DNA of 64,000 bases from a phage: the sequence record PZ379074.1, one strand, 5' to 3'. Positions 55,760 through 64,000 of this stretch are shown piece by piece. Numbering within the stretch: the stretch's first letter is position 1; every line of letters begins with the position of its first letter. The notes under the pieces were generated by a model. That model did no database searches, had not been told where the DNA came from, and saw only the letters and a program-made list of their open reading frames with translations. A program made the translations under genes and the position numbers.

Positions 55760-56620
55760 TTAAAACTCTTCTGCGTCGGTCGGAGTTTCGTTTACAGGAC
55801 CAGCGGCACCGCTTGCTTCTTCCTGCTTGCTGCGGTCGATGTTGACGTTGCCGCCAACTACGTCGTTGTGGAATGCTTTGGCGACTTCGTACAGACCTTT
55901 GCCCTGCACCAGACCTTCCAGCTCAAACTTCAGAACGGACCAGGTGTTGCCGTCTTTGGACTGGGATGCAGTACCCATGCGAACGATGTTCATAAAGGTC
56001 GGCGGCGTTTTCAGACCTTGCGGAGTCTGAACTTTCTTCTGCTGCAGAGCGGTCATCAGCATGCGAGACGGCTTGATCATGGAAGAAGTCAAAGACAGCA
56101 TTGCGCTACCAAATTCACCCGTTTCTTCGTTCAACAGAATTACGAAGTGGTTACGTGTATCTGCGTAGTAAGGAGACTTCTTCTCGTGCACCTTTCCGTT
56201 TTCGTCCGGCACGAATACCTTACCGTTGATCTCAACAGCGCGGCCTGCCGCGACTTCTGCATCAACGTGCTCTTTGGTGAATTCACCTTTAAAGCCTTTA
56301 TCGTCGGACTCGCGACCGCCCCAAAGGATGAAGGTGCGTTTGAATGCGCAAGGGATGATCTGCACGCCTTTCTTGCCGTCATACAACTCACCAGTGACAG
56401 TGTTGTACAGCATGCCAGCTTTTGCGCCAGGAACGTGTTTCGGATCATCTTCGTCGACCATAGGTGACATCTTCTGCAGGACGACGATAAAAGGAATGGC
56501 ATACGCATCGGCATCGGCACCTTCAAAACCAGCGCCAAAATCGGTCATGTCGACAAAATCAGCCATAGCGGACATCTGGGTGTTTTTCACTGCAACTTCG
56601 GTGGTTTCTTTCTTAGACAT
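55760..56620 (-). CDS. Single-stranded DNA-binding protein-like (acidic C-terminal tail ending in Phe)
   Basis: 286-aa ORF ending ...ETPTDAEEF, as in T7 gp2.5 and bacterial SSB tails. Confidence 0.5.
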   Translation of the reverse strand: MSKKETTEVAVKNTQMSAMADFVDMTDFGAGFEGADADAYAIPFIVVLQKMSPMVDEDDPKHVPGAKAGMLYNTVTGELYDGKKGVQIIPCAFKRTFILWGGRESDDKGFKGEFTKEHVDAEVAAGRAVEINGKVFVPDENGKVHEKKSPYYADTRNHFVILLNEETGEFGSAMLSLTSSMIKPSRMLMTALQQKKVQTPQGLKTPPTFMNIVRMGTASQSKDGNTWSVLKFELEGLVQGKGLYEVAKAFHNDVVGGNVNIDRSKQEEASGAAGPVNETPTDAEEF

Positions 56621-56679
56621 TTGATATTTTCCTATAGTATCAAGTTTCGTGGCAACCTGATTTCAAGATAAAGGTTAAA

Positions 56680-57237
56680 TTACTTTTTGCTTTTAGGCAA
56701 GGTTATTTTAGCTTCTTTGTATTCAAAAACGCTAATATCTTCACTAACTGGATTGCCCGCTTCCAGCTGTTCTTTTACAAACGACTTCAGTGTAGCAGAA
56801 TGAACGCCTTGTTTCAACGTGGCTTCAACACCATCTTCACGCAGCGCGGAAACAATCTCTTGCGCCTGTTCGATTTCTTCGCGACCGAACTCAGCCGTGA
56901 CGCTGGACTTGATCAAGCCGCCGTAACCGTTGTTGACAAGCCAATCGAAAACTTTTAATTCGTTTTCTTTCTTGATTGAAGCGTTCACCTTGGACTCGAC
57001 CTTGATTTTGGTCTTGTCCTCAAGCTTGATTTCGGACACGCCAAGCTCATCCATAACGCCAGGAAGCAGAACAGTTTTGATTTCACTGATTCGCTGCTTT
57101 TGCATATCAGCTTCATCTTCAAGCTCTGTCAAAGCTTCTTGGCGTTCTGCCAGTTCAGATACTAAGCGCGCAAGGCGCTCTTGAATGCTCTCAGGAGCGA
57201 CCTGCGGCAAATCATCTTCCCAATTAATATTGCTCAT
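56680..57237 (-). CDS. Hypothetical acidic coiled-coil protein
   Basis: 185-aa ORF. Confidence 0.5.
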   Translation of the reverse strand: MSNINWEDDLPQVAPESIQERLARLVSELAERQEALTELEDEADMQKQRISEIKTVLLPGVMDELGVSEIKLEDKTKIKVESKVNASIKKENELKVFDWLVNNGYGGLIKSSVTAEFGREEIEQAQEIVSALREDGVEATLKQGVHSATLKSFVKEQLEAGNPVSEDISVFEYKEAKITLPKSKK

Positions 57238-57497
57238 ATTTTACCTTCTTGCATTAGCCCTTCAACACGGGTCATTTGATAACGTTCAGGCTTCCAAGCC
57301 GCCAAAGCCTTCTCAGCGCCTTTCAAGGTTTTATATGCCTTGATGCCAGGCATAATAACGGTATTCACCCCAGCACCGTTGCCATAATCAAACTCTTTAA
57401 CAACGCGGAACATCCCGTCAATTTCTTTGACCAAAAGACGTTTGAAAGCGATTGCACCAGTAGCTTCATTTTTGTAACGTTCAAGGATGCGTACCAT
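57234..57497 (-). CDS. Hypothetical protein
   Basis: 87-aa ORF, ATGA-coupled. Confidence 0.45.
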   Translation of the reverse strand: MVRILERYKNEATGAIAFKRLLVKEIDGMFRVVKEFDYGNGAGVNTVIMPGIKAYKTLKGAEKALAAWKPERYQMTRVEGLMQEGKI

Positions 57498-57571
57498 TTT
57501 GTATTCCTCTGTTTCGTTTCGATGAAGTAATTATGACTCATCTTCCGTGACAAGTCAAATTATTTTTGATA

Positions 57572-59095
57572 TTAATTCATCTTTTTGCCGTCGAGGATGT
57601 GATCAGCAAGCATAGACTTCATACTTAATGAACGCTGAATTTCTTCATCGATGGTATCAACACCAATAAAATCAACATACAGCACACTTGATTTGGTGCC
57701 GATGCGGTGATTTCGGTCTTCGGATTGTTTGCGCAACTCGTTGTCATAGTTGCAAGAATAATAGATTGCCAAGTCGGCGGCGGTAAGCGTGATACCGATT
57801 CCTGCCGCTGCAGCGTGACAAACAAGCACTTGCGTCCCACCGTTCTCGACTGTGTTCTTCTGGAAGTCATCAATCAAGAACTCACGCTGCTCTTTTGACG
57901 TCTCACCGTTATATACACCAGTGACCACGCCTTCAGACTCAAGCCAATCCTTAATCTGGTTCATCTCTTCCTTAAAGATGGCCCAAACAATGAATTTGCG
58001 CTCTGGGTCGTCTTCCAGCACCCCTTCCACATAGTCCTTAAAGGCCGTGAATCGTGGGTTGTCTTCCATGTAGACCATCTCATCATACACCTTAACAAAG
58101 CCTGATGTCACCTGCTTCATCTTAGTGCGAGATGCGATCATCTCAAACTTAACGTTTTCTTCTTCGCCTTTGTACTCCATAAGATAGTTGTACTCATTCT
58201 TGAGTTCATCGTAGACATCGCGCTGCTTAGGCGACAACTCGAAGTCGATAAACTTGTACACCTTCTCTGGAAGGTCCGGCAAGTATTCCGCTTTTGTGGC
58301 GCGGAAATAGTGCGGTTCCATCAACCGGATAAGCTTGTCAAGGTTTTTGTACATCGGTCGGCCAAACTGGTCCTTGCGCGGCACTTGCGGAATACCATAA
58401 CCATTGCCGCCAATTTTCTTGAGAATGGCCTGCATCTCTGGGTCGTGCGCTTCAAGAAGCACTGTAAATTCAGAGTTGAATGCACGGAATGATTTGGTGC
58501 CGAGCAAGCCAGCTTCAAGGAAGTGATACTGCATGTAAATATCAGCAGGCGAGCGCGGCAGCGGAGTGCCAGAAAGGATTCGACGGGCCTTTGCCAGCCG
58601 ACCCAATTCCACGACCTTGATGGAGCGTTTTGCTGTGTTATTTTTGATGCGAGTCGATTCATCAATGATCATCAGGCAGCGGTATTTCTTCAAGACCGAC
58701 TCGATGTGTTGATAACCTACTGGTGTGTTGACGGTATCGATGTTGAATGAGAAGATGCGCGCAGGCACTTCGCCTTCAGGGTAGTGATCAGCAAACATCT
58801 TCTCCCAAAGCGCTTTGCCCTTTTTAGTCTTCATCTTGTCATTGCCGCGCCAGTAATGCCCAATCCATTTAATGGAAAGGTGTTCTGGTGCTTCACGACG
58901 AATCCAGTTCGAGTGGACACCGTTAGGAGCGATGACAACCATGGCATCAAATGCGCCAGCGGCGAAGTGTTTTTCAAACTCTGCCAAAGCAGTCCAGGTT
59001 TTACCAAGACCCTGTTCCATAAAATAAGCAAAGTATTTTCTGCGGCCTGCTTTATCAAGCGCCAATAATTGGTGGCGCATTCCTTGTGTTTTCAT
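57572..59095 (-). CDS. SNF2-family (SF2) DNA helicase
   Basis: 507-aa ORF; motif I GLGKT, motif II IIDEST, C-terminal helicase domain. Confidence 0.85.
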   Translation of the reverse strand: MKTQGMRHQLLALDKAGRRKYFAYFMEQGLGKTWTALAEFEKHFAAGAFDAMVVIAPNGVHSNWIRREAPEHLSIKWIGHYWRGNDKMKTKKGKALWEKMFADHYPEGEVPARIFSFNIDTVNTPVGYQHIESVLKKYRCLMIIDESTRIKNNTAKRSIKVVELGRLAKARRILSGTPLPRSPADIYMQYHFLEAGLLGTKSFRAFNSEFTVLLEAHDPEMQAILKKIGGNGYGIPQVPRKDQFGRPMYKNLDKLIRLMEPHYFRATKAEYLPDLPEKVYKFIDFELSPKQRDVYDELKNEYNYLMEYKGEEENVKFEMIASRTKMKQVTSGFVKVYDEMVYMEDNPRFTAFKDYVEGVLEDDPERKFIVWAIFKEEMNQIKDWLESEGVVTGVYNGETSKEQREFLIDDFQKNTVENGGTQVLVCHAAAAGIGITLTAADLAIYYSCNYDNELRKQSEDRNHRIGTKSSVLYVDFIGVDTIDEEIQRSLSMKSMLADHILDGKKMN

Positions 59096-59514
59096 GACAA
59101 TTCCTCTAAATACTTGATGATGTGATGAATAGTTCCCTTCACGATTATCTCACGTTGAACGTCTGCAGTATTATAACGCTTTAATTCAATAGAAGGGTGG
59201 ACTAAATAAAACATCTTCTCAGAATCAACTTTAAGTAAAACGAATGATGGGTATCGCCAATCATTCCAAGACGAAAGAAAGCTGCATTGGCCTTTCTCAA
59301 ATGCATTTCTGAAAGGTGCAGTGGTGGCCCTTGCAGGCCACGATTCAAAGAACTTCATTTCAAGCCAAAAGCCGCGCCCTTTCCGGTTGGTGCCGATTAC
59401 GTCCGGCACACCATCACCCGTCATTGATTCGATTCTTTGAAGCTTCAAGATTGATTCTGAATGCTTCTTCAAAGGCACGAATATGTATTTCTGTTCACGG
59501 TTATTTGTTGCCAT
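59092..59514 (-). CDS. VRR-NUC (PD-(D/E)xK) nuclease
   Basis: Start at 59514 after AGGTG; GVPDVIG ... WLEMKF; coupled to SNF2 helicase. Confidence 0.6.
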   Translation of the reverse strand: MATNNREQKYIFVPLKKHSESILKLQRIESMTGDGVPDVIGTNRKGRGFWLEMKFFESWPARATTAPFRNAFEKGQCSFLSSWNDWRYPSFVLLKVDSEKMFYLVHPSIELKRYNTADVQREIIVKGTIHHIIKYLEELS

Positions 59515-62398
59515 TTGGATACACCTGTTTGATAACGTCGACGATGAACATGTCAATGCCTTCAAGTTTGCGGCCTTTCATCAGAAAGAATGCGCCGTTC
59601 CCGACGTTCTCTGCAATGTATTTCCCGTATTTCTGGAACTTCTCTGGACGAATCCTGAAGCGCATTGGCGAGTCGGTCGAATCGTCCTTGCACATAAGGT
59701 CAATGAACTGAGTCTCAAGCTTGTTTCCATACTGGTCAAACTCTGCGTAGCGGCCATCAGCTTGAAGACCCTTTTTAAGTTTGCCGTGCTTTGTATAAAT
59801 GCCGCGCTCAAGACGTTTACGGATGCGTGTCGCTTCGTTCTCGTCAGCCAGCACTTTCTTGGTCAACTTGCCGATCACTATTGCACGCTCGTCATCTCCG
59901 ACTTCCTTCATCTGGCGTATTGAAGCACCGGAAGTAACGCCAATCAGATAGGGGTCATTATATGCCCAGCCGAACTTTGTGTGCATTTCGGTAAGGTCGC
60001 CGTATTTAACTTCAGCATTGGCCAATGCGTCCTTCTGTTTTTGCGTTAAGGTTCCGGCTTCACGCGCTTCGATGTACTTCATCGCCTTCACCATGCCATA
60101 TCCTTTTGCGTTCATGATGCCGCCGATTAGCTTTCCGTTAGCGATGGTCCAGTTCATTGAAGAGTGATCAGGGTCGATTGGCACATAATCCACGCCTTCC
60201 TTCGCAAGTTCACGTAATATAGCAATCGTCTGGTCTTCGTCCTTAGCAGCGCGTAAGCAAGCAGCGGCAAATTCCAACGGGTAGTGTCGCTTAAGCCACA
60301 AGGTCCAGTAGGTCACGACCGCGTATGATACGGAGTGTGACTTGTTAAAGCCCCATGACCCGAACGTCGCCATCGCTTGCCAAAGCTTTCTTGCATCCGC
60401 TTCCGGTACGCCGTTATTTATTGCGCCTGCAACGAAGTCTTCGCCAAGCTTGTTAAAGTATTCCTCACCCTTACGACCTGACATCGCCTTACGTACAGCG
60501 GATGTTTTCGCCCAGTCAAATGAACCAATCTCTTTAACCACGGCCATGATTTGCTCTTGGTAAAGAAACACGCCGTAAGTCTCTTTTAAGTACGGCTCAA
60601 GCTGCGGCACGTCGTACTCAATCGGCGCACGTCCTGCCGCGCGTTCAATGTATTTCTGGGCCATACCGGACGACAACGGGCCAGGTCGGCCAAGTGCTGT
60701 CAGGTTATCGATTTTGTTAAAGTTATCAACGTGCACAAAGTTGGTCACTGAGCGTACAGCGTCGCCTTCAAACTGGAAGATGCCTGACATCTTGTTTTCG
60801 TTAAGGATGTCAAGGACGCTTTGGTCATCAAGCTTGATTCCGTACAGCGTTTCAGCATCTATCACGCCAGTATCAGAAATGATTCCGAGGGTACGAAGAC
60901 CCAATGCATCAAGCTTCAAAAGGTTAAGGTATTCGCTGTCAGGCTTATCAATTTGCGCAATCCCTTCCGCCGTCACCGTACAGTAATCAGAGATTGGGTC
61001 ATTACACACAATGATTCCCGCTGCGTGAACGCCAGTGTGGGAAGGGTGAATCTCAAGGTCACCCATGCAACGCGCGGCGTCAGGATATTTCGCCACGAAC
61101 TCTTGACCCGTAGTCGTTGTTGCAAAGGTATCCTCCAGGCCGTGACCATAACGGGCGTCACCGGATGAGTATTCAAGCAGTGCGTTTTTAATGTTGGCCG
61201 TTTCGTGATATCCAATGTTGAACTTCTTACCAACCTGCGCCATTACTGAGTTGGCCTTAAGCGTGTTTATGTTGCCAAGCTTTGCAACGTTCATTTCGCC
61301 GTATTTCTCTTTAAGATAATCAAACACCATATAGCGTTTGGTATCTTCAAAGTCGATGTCGATGTCAGGAAGGTCGGCGCGGCTTACGTCGATGAATCGG
61401 GCAAACAGCAGCTTATACGGGATTGGGTCCACTTCCGTGATGCCGAGACAATAGCAAACAAGTGAACCAGCCGATGAGCCGCGAGCAGGCCCGACTAGCA
61501 TTTTTGTTTTTGCGAATCGTACAAGGTCCGCTACCACCAGAAAGTATGAGTCGAAATCTTTCAGCTGAATCTGGTGAATTTCTTCGTTGAAGCGGTCCTC
61601 ATATTCCTGAGTCCATTCTTTGATGTGACCTGCTTTTAGACGGTACTCCATCCCCTCGCGAGCAAGCTTTACCATGTCACCAGCAAGGTGGATAATCGGT
61701 GCCTTTCGCAGCTTCAGGTCAAGCCCAACGATTCCGTTTGCAATATCAATCGCATTGACCGTTGCCTGATCAAGCTCATCTTCAGTCAAGATTCCTTTAA
61801 GCTGTTTGCGCAAGTCTTCAACGTCAACGATGCAATGCGGCTTAACCGTGTCGCGCACTTCCCACGCATAAGCGAAGTCAACGTGCTCAGGAGAAGGCAT
61901 GTGATTGTATCCGGTTAAAACCAGCGGCCTTCCACTGCTACGATGAGCCAACGCCTGGCGCTTTGCCAAAAGGAACGACGATGGGTTGACGTCTATATAG
62001 TCGTAGTCCTCTGGCCGCAGCAGTTCCACGGCACCGCCACAGAATTTAACGACGCCATCGAGCGCCCCGAACTCTGCACGGGTAAGACCACCACGCTGCG
62101 TTGCAAGTGTTGTAGCGTTGTAAAAAGATTTTAAGTCAAGGGCCAATATCCAAGCCTTCGGTTTGAATCCCTTTTTCGGGTCCGCATCAGGGTCGATGAT
62201 TGGAATCTCCATTCCAAACATAGGCTTAATATCATTTTTCTGGCATTCCTTTTCCCAGCGAACGTGACCCCATGTGTTGTTATCAACTAATGCCGCGACT
62301 TCGCAGCCCAACTCTTTGAGCCGTGCTATAATTTCAGGATGCCGTCCATAAACTTCTTTGAACGTGTAACCGCTGCGAACTCTCAATTGTGGAAACAT
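59501..62398 (-). CDS. DNA polymerase III alpha-like (DnaE-type, family C) replicative polymerase
   Basis: 965-aa ORF; N-terminal PHP-like segment and central GPARGSSAGSLVCYCLGITEVDP motif. Confidence 0.85.
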   Translation of the reverse strand: MFPQLRVRSGYTFKEVYGRHPEIIARLKELGCEVAALVDNNTWGHVRWEKECQKNDIKPMFGMEIPIIDPDADPKKGFKPKAWILALDLKSFYNATTLATQRGGLTRAEFGALDGVVKFCGGAVELLRPEDYDYIDVNPSSFLLAKRQALAHRSSGRPLVLTGYNHMPSPEHVDFAYAWEVRDTVKPHCIVDVEDLRKQLKGILTEDELDQATVNAIDIANGIVGLDLKLRKAPIIHLAGDMVKLAREGMEYRLKAGHIKEWTQEYEDRFNEEIHQIQLKDFDSYFLVVADLVRFAKTKMLVGPARGSSAGSLVCYCLGITEVDPIPYKLLFARFIDVSRADLPDIDIDFEDTKRYMVFDYLKEKYGEMNVAKLGNINTLKANSVMAQVGKKFNIGYHETANIKNALLEYSSGDARYGHGLEDTFATTTTGQEFVAKYPDAARCMGDLEIHPSHTGVHAAGIIVCNDPISDYCTVTAEGIAQIDKPDSEYLNLLKLDALGLRTLGIISDTGVIDAETLYGIKLDDQSVLDILNENKMSGIFQFEGDAVRSVTNFVHVDNFNKIDNLTALGRPGPLSSGMAQKYIERAAGRAPIEYDVPQLEPYLKETYGVFLYQEQIMAVVKEIGSFDWAKTSAVRKAMSGRKGEEYFNKLGEDFVAGAINNGVPEADARKLWQAMATFGSWGFNKSHSVSYAVVTYWTLWLKRHYPLEFAAACLRAAKDEDQTIAILRELAKEGVDYVPIDPDHSSMNWTIANGKLIGGIMNAKGYGMVKAMKYIEAREAGTLTQKQKDALANAEVKYGDLTEMHTKFGWAYNDPYLIGVTSGASIRQMKEVGDDERAIVIGKLTKKVLADENEATRIRKRLERGIYTKHGKLKKGLQADGRYAEFDQYGNKLETQFIDLMCKDDSTDSPMRFRIRPEKFQKYGKYIAENVGNGAFFLMKGRKLEGIDMFIVDVIKQVYPNGNK

Positions 62399-62940
62399 TA
62401 TTTACTCCAGATGTCATATACGCCAATTTGTTGGCAGACTTTGTGCAGTAATATTACGTCGTCTAATGCACGGTGTTTCTGTTCATATTTTCCGAAATAT
62501 AATTCATACAGCTCTTGAAGCTTAACTCTTCGGCCAAAAATAGGCAAGGTTTGCTCAACTGTACAAATGTTTATTTCTGGAAAATTAACATCATCAAGCG
62601 TAAGTCCTTCGCGCTGTAGTGCATAATCAAGAATGTTTTTATCGAACGCATGGTTGTGCGCGATAGTGGCATCCGTCTTCTTGAAGATTTCTTTTAGCTG
62701 CGGGACAAAATTGATGAATGGTGGATTGCACTCAAGGTCTTCATTTGTTAATCCGGTAATCTTTGTGATAATTTCTTCAATCACGATTTCAGGATTAATT
62801 ATGAATTCAAACGTTTCAAGAATCTCTTTGCCGTCTGTCAACAGGCCTGCAAATTCAATAGGGCGCGGCTGCATCCCAAGCGGCGCTTTCGGGTGCACGG
62901 TCAATCCGGTTGTTTCGAAGTCATAAGGGAGAAATAACAC
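62398..62940 (-). CDS. DnaQ-like 3-prime to 5-prime exonuclease (DEDDh)
   Basis: Exo I FDFETTGL, Exo II HNHAFD, Exo III HRALDDV; coupled to polymerase gene. Confidence 0.85.
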   Translation of the reverse strand: MLFLPYDFETTGLTVHPKAPLGMQPRPIEFAGLLTDGKEILETFEFIINPEIVIEEIITKITGLTNEDLECNPPFINFVPQLKEIFKKTDATIAHNHAFDKNILDYALQREGLTLDDVNFPEINICTVEQTLPIFGRRVKLQELYELYFGKYEQKHRALDDVILLHKVCQQIGVYDIWSK

Positions 62941-62994
62941 ATTAGCCTCCTACAAAAAGGCCGCCCATTAGGACGGCCACAGATTCACGATTCA

Positions 62995-63546
62995 TTATAC
63001 AGTGTACGGAGTACCGTCTTGATTCAACCGCACGATGAACTTAAGGTCGACACCAATGATTTCACGCGTATCAAAGATAACATAGTTGTAACGACGCTGA
63101 CCAGCAATGTTTGGGTTGGTGTGAGAGTCGGTCACAACTTCCTGCGCAACCTGAATGCCTTCTTCTTTAAAGAACTTGCGCCATTCAGCAAGTTCAGCGG
63201 CAGTCACGTGCATACCAAGATGGCTAACCTGATTGTCGTGCGCATCGATGTATTCGATGTTTTCGTGAATCCAGTTGCAACCTTTTGTATAGTCAAGAAT
63301 TTCAAGCTCAAGAGGCTTACCAGCGTCGCCATCGGTGCCGTTGCCAGCCTGATAGTTGAAGCGCAAGTCAGCTTCGTTGGTGCAATCGCCGCGCTGACCC
63401 TTAAAGACATCAGCTTCAAATACGCGACCAGTAGCAACAACGTGATCATGGAACCATTCTGTCAGGCCGATTTTAGCCAGGAAATTCTGTGCGCGCTGAG
63501 CACCTGGAATTGACAGGGCGATTTGTTCAATTTTAAAATGTGGCAT
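62995..63546 (-). CDS. Hypothetical protein
   Basis: 183-aa ORF. Confidence 0.5.
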   Translation of the reverse strand: MPHFKIEQIALSIPGAQRAQNFLAKIGLTEWFHDHVVATGRVFEADVFKGQRGDCTNEADLRFNYQAGNGTDGDAGKPLELEILDYTKGCNWIHENIEYIDAHDNQVSHLGMHVTAAELAEWRKFFKEEGIQVAQEVVTDSHTNPNIAGQRRYNYVIFDTREIIGVDLKFIVRLNQDGTPYTV

Positions 63547-63562
63547 TTTGTTTCCTTAATTA

Positions 63563-63739
63563 AATATTATTGATTAATTACTGTGTTGCCTTCGATGGAA
63601 TAAGTCTCAATGGAACCGACGCGCTCGTGGTTAATCTTTGCGTTTTCGATTCTTATTACTTCAAATCCAACACCTTCTTGATCAATCTTCACTTCTGCTA
63701 CGTCGCCAATCACTTCTACAACAACTTTGATAGTCATGA
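63563..63739 (-). CDS. Small hypothetical protein (58 aa)
   Basis: Manual translation MTIKVVVEVIGDVAEVKIDQEGVGFE...; below ORF-track cutoff. Confidence 0.3.
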
Positions 63740-63740
63740 T

Positions 63741-63935
63741 TTATTTCCCAAATGGAATATCAGTACCAGACATAAAGCGCCATGCGCCCGTAATTAAGAT
63801 ATGGCGAATGAAGTCAGCAATTACTTGCGGCTCAGTCTCCAATCCATTCATCAGCGCCTTTTTCTGGTATTCAGCAGCATACTCAGGAGTCCAGCCGCGA
63901 GTCGCACAAACAGCATCTTCAATCTGTTTGGACAT
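63741..63935 (-). CDS. Hypothetical protein
   Basis: 64-aa ORF. Confidence 0.4.
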   Translation of the reverse strand: MSKQIEDAVCATRGWTPEYAAEYQKKALMNGLETEPQVIADFIRHILITGAWRFMSGTDIPFGK

Positions 63936-64000
63936 GCCAGTACCACGTAACTTATTAGGACTAATAGAAAATACCGTGATCCCGTATTTAGGCGTAAGCT

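Noticed and set aside
59581-61233. Plus-strand and short minus-strand track ORFs within 59501..62398
   Set aside because: Lie inside or antisense to the DnaE-like polymerase gene.
1-64000. Prophage integration features (integrase, attachment sites, flanking host tRNA)
   Set aside because: No tyrosine or serine recombinase motifs recognised in any ORF and no host-like genes; the window looks like a virulent-phage genome segment.

Overview
This 64-kb window reads as part of a contractile-tailed (myovirus-type) dsDNA bacteriophage genome, gene-dense, with no rRNA, tRNA, CRISPR array, integrase or transposase recognised by eye. All calls are from manual reading of the sequence and the ORF track; no database search was run, so every function is motif-level inference. 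Layout: (i) a minus-strand replication and nucleotide-metabolism module at 52.6-63.9 kb (ATP-dependent ligase, MazG-like, SSB-like, SNF2 helicase, VRR-NUC nuclease, DnaE-like polymerase, DnaQ-like exonuclease) that appears to continue at the left edge (Dda-like helicase 713-1897; partial K/A/E-rich gene 2-553). (ii) A plus-strand early region at 2.4-14.4 kb with a primase-polymerase-like protein, a VirE-like P-loop NTPase and about 25 small ORFs, including a paralogous family. (iii) An unusual accessory region at 14.4-18.8 kb: G/T-rich repeats, an iteron-like locus, an array of at least 10 copies of ATTTGCACTAT, and a CpG-rich island of four small acidic ORFs. (iv) A minus-strand module at 18.8-23.9 kb with a chaperone-bearing tail fiber and small membrane or secreted proteins. 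(v) A plus-strand morphogenesis module at 24.1-52.6 kb: large terminase, portal with a C-terminal pyrophosphatase-like domain, MuF-like protein, protease/scaffold, capsid, sheath, two tube paralogs, tape measure, baseplate, fibers (one with HxH repeats) and a GH19 endolysin. The strongest candidates for something undescribed are the CpG-rich acidic-ORF island with the 11-mer array (candidate anti-defense or regulatory island) and the two paralogous iteron/AT-core loci at 14.6-15.06 kb and 30.69-30.98 kb.
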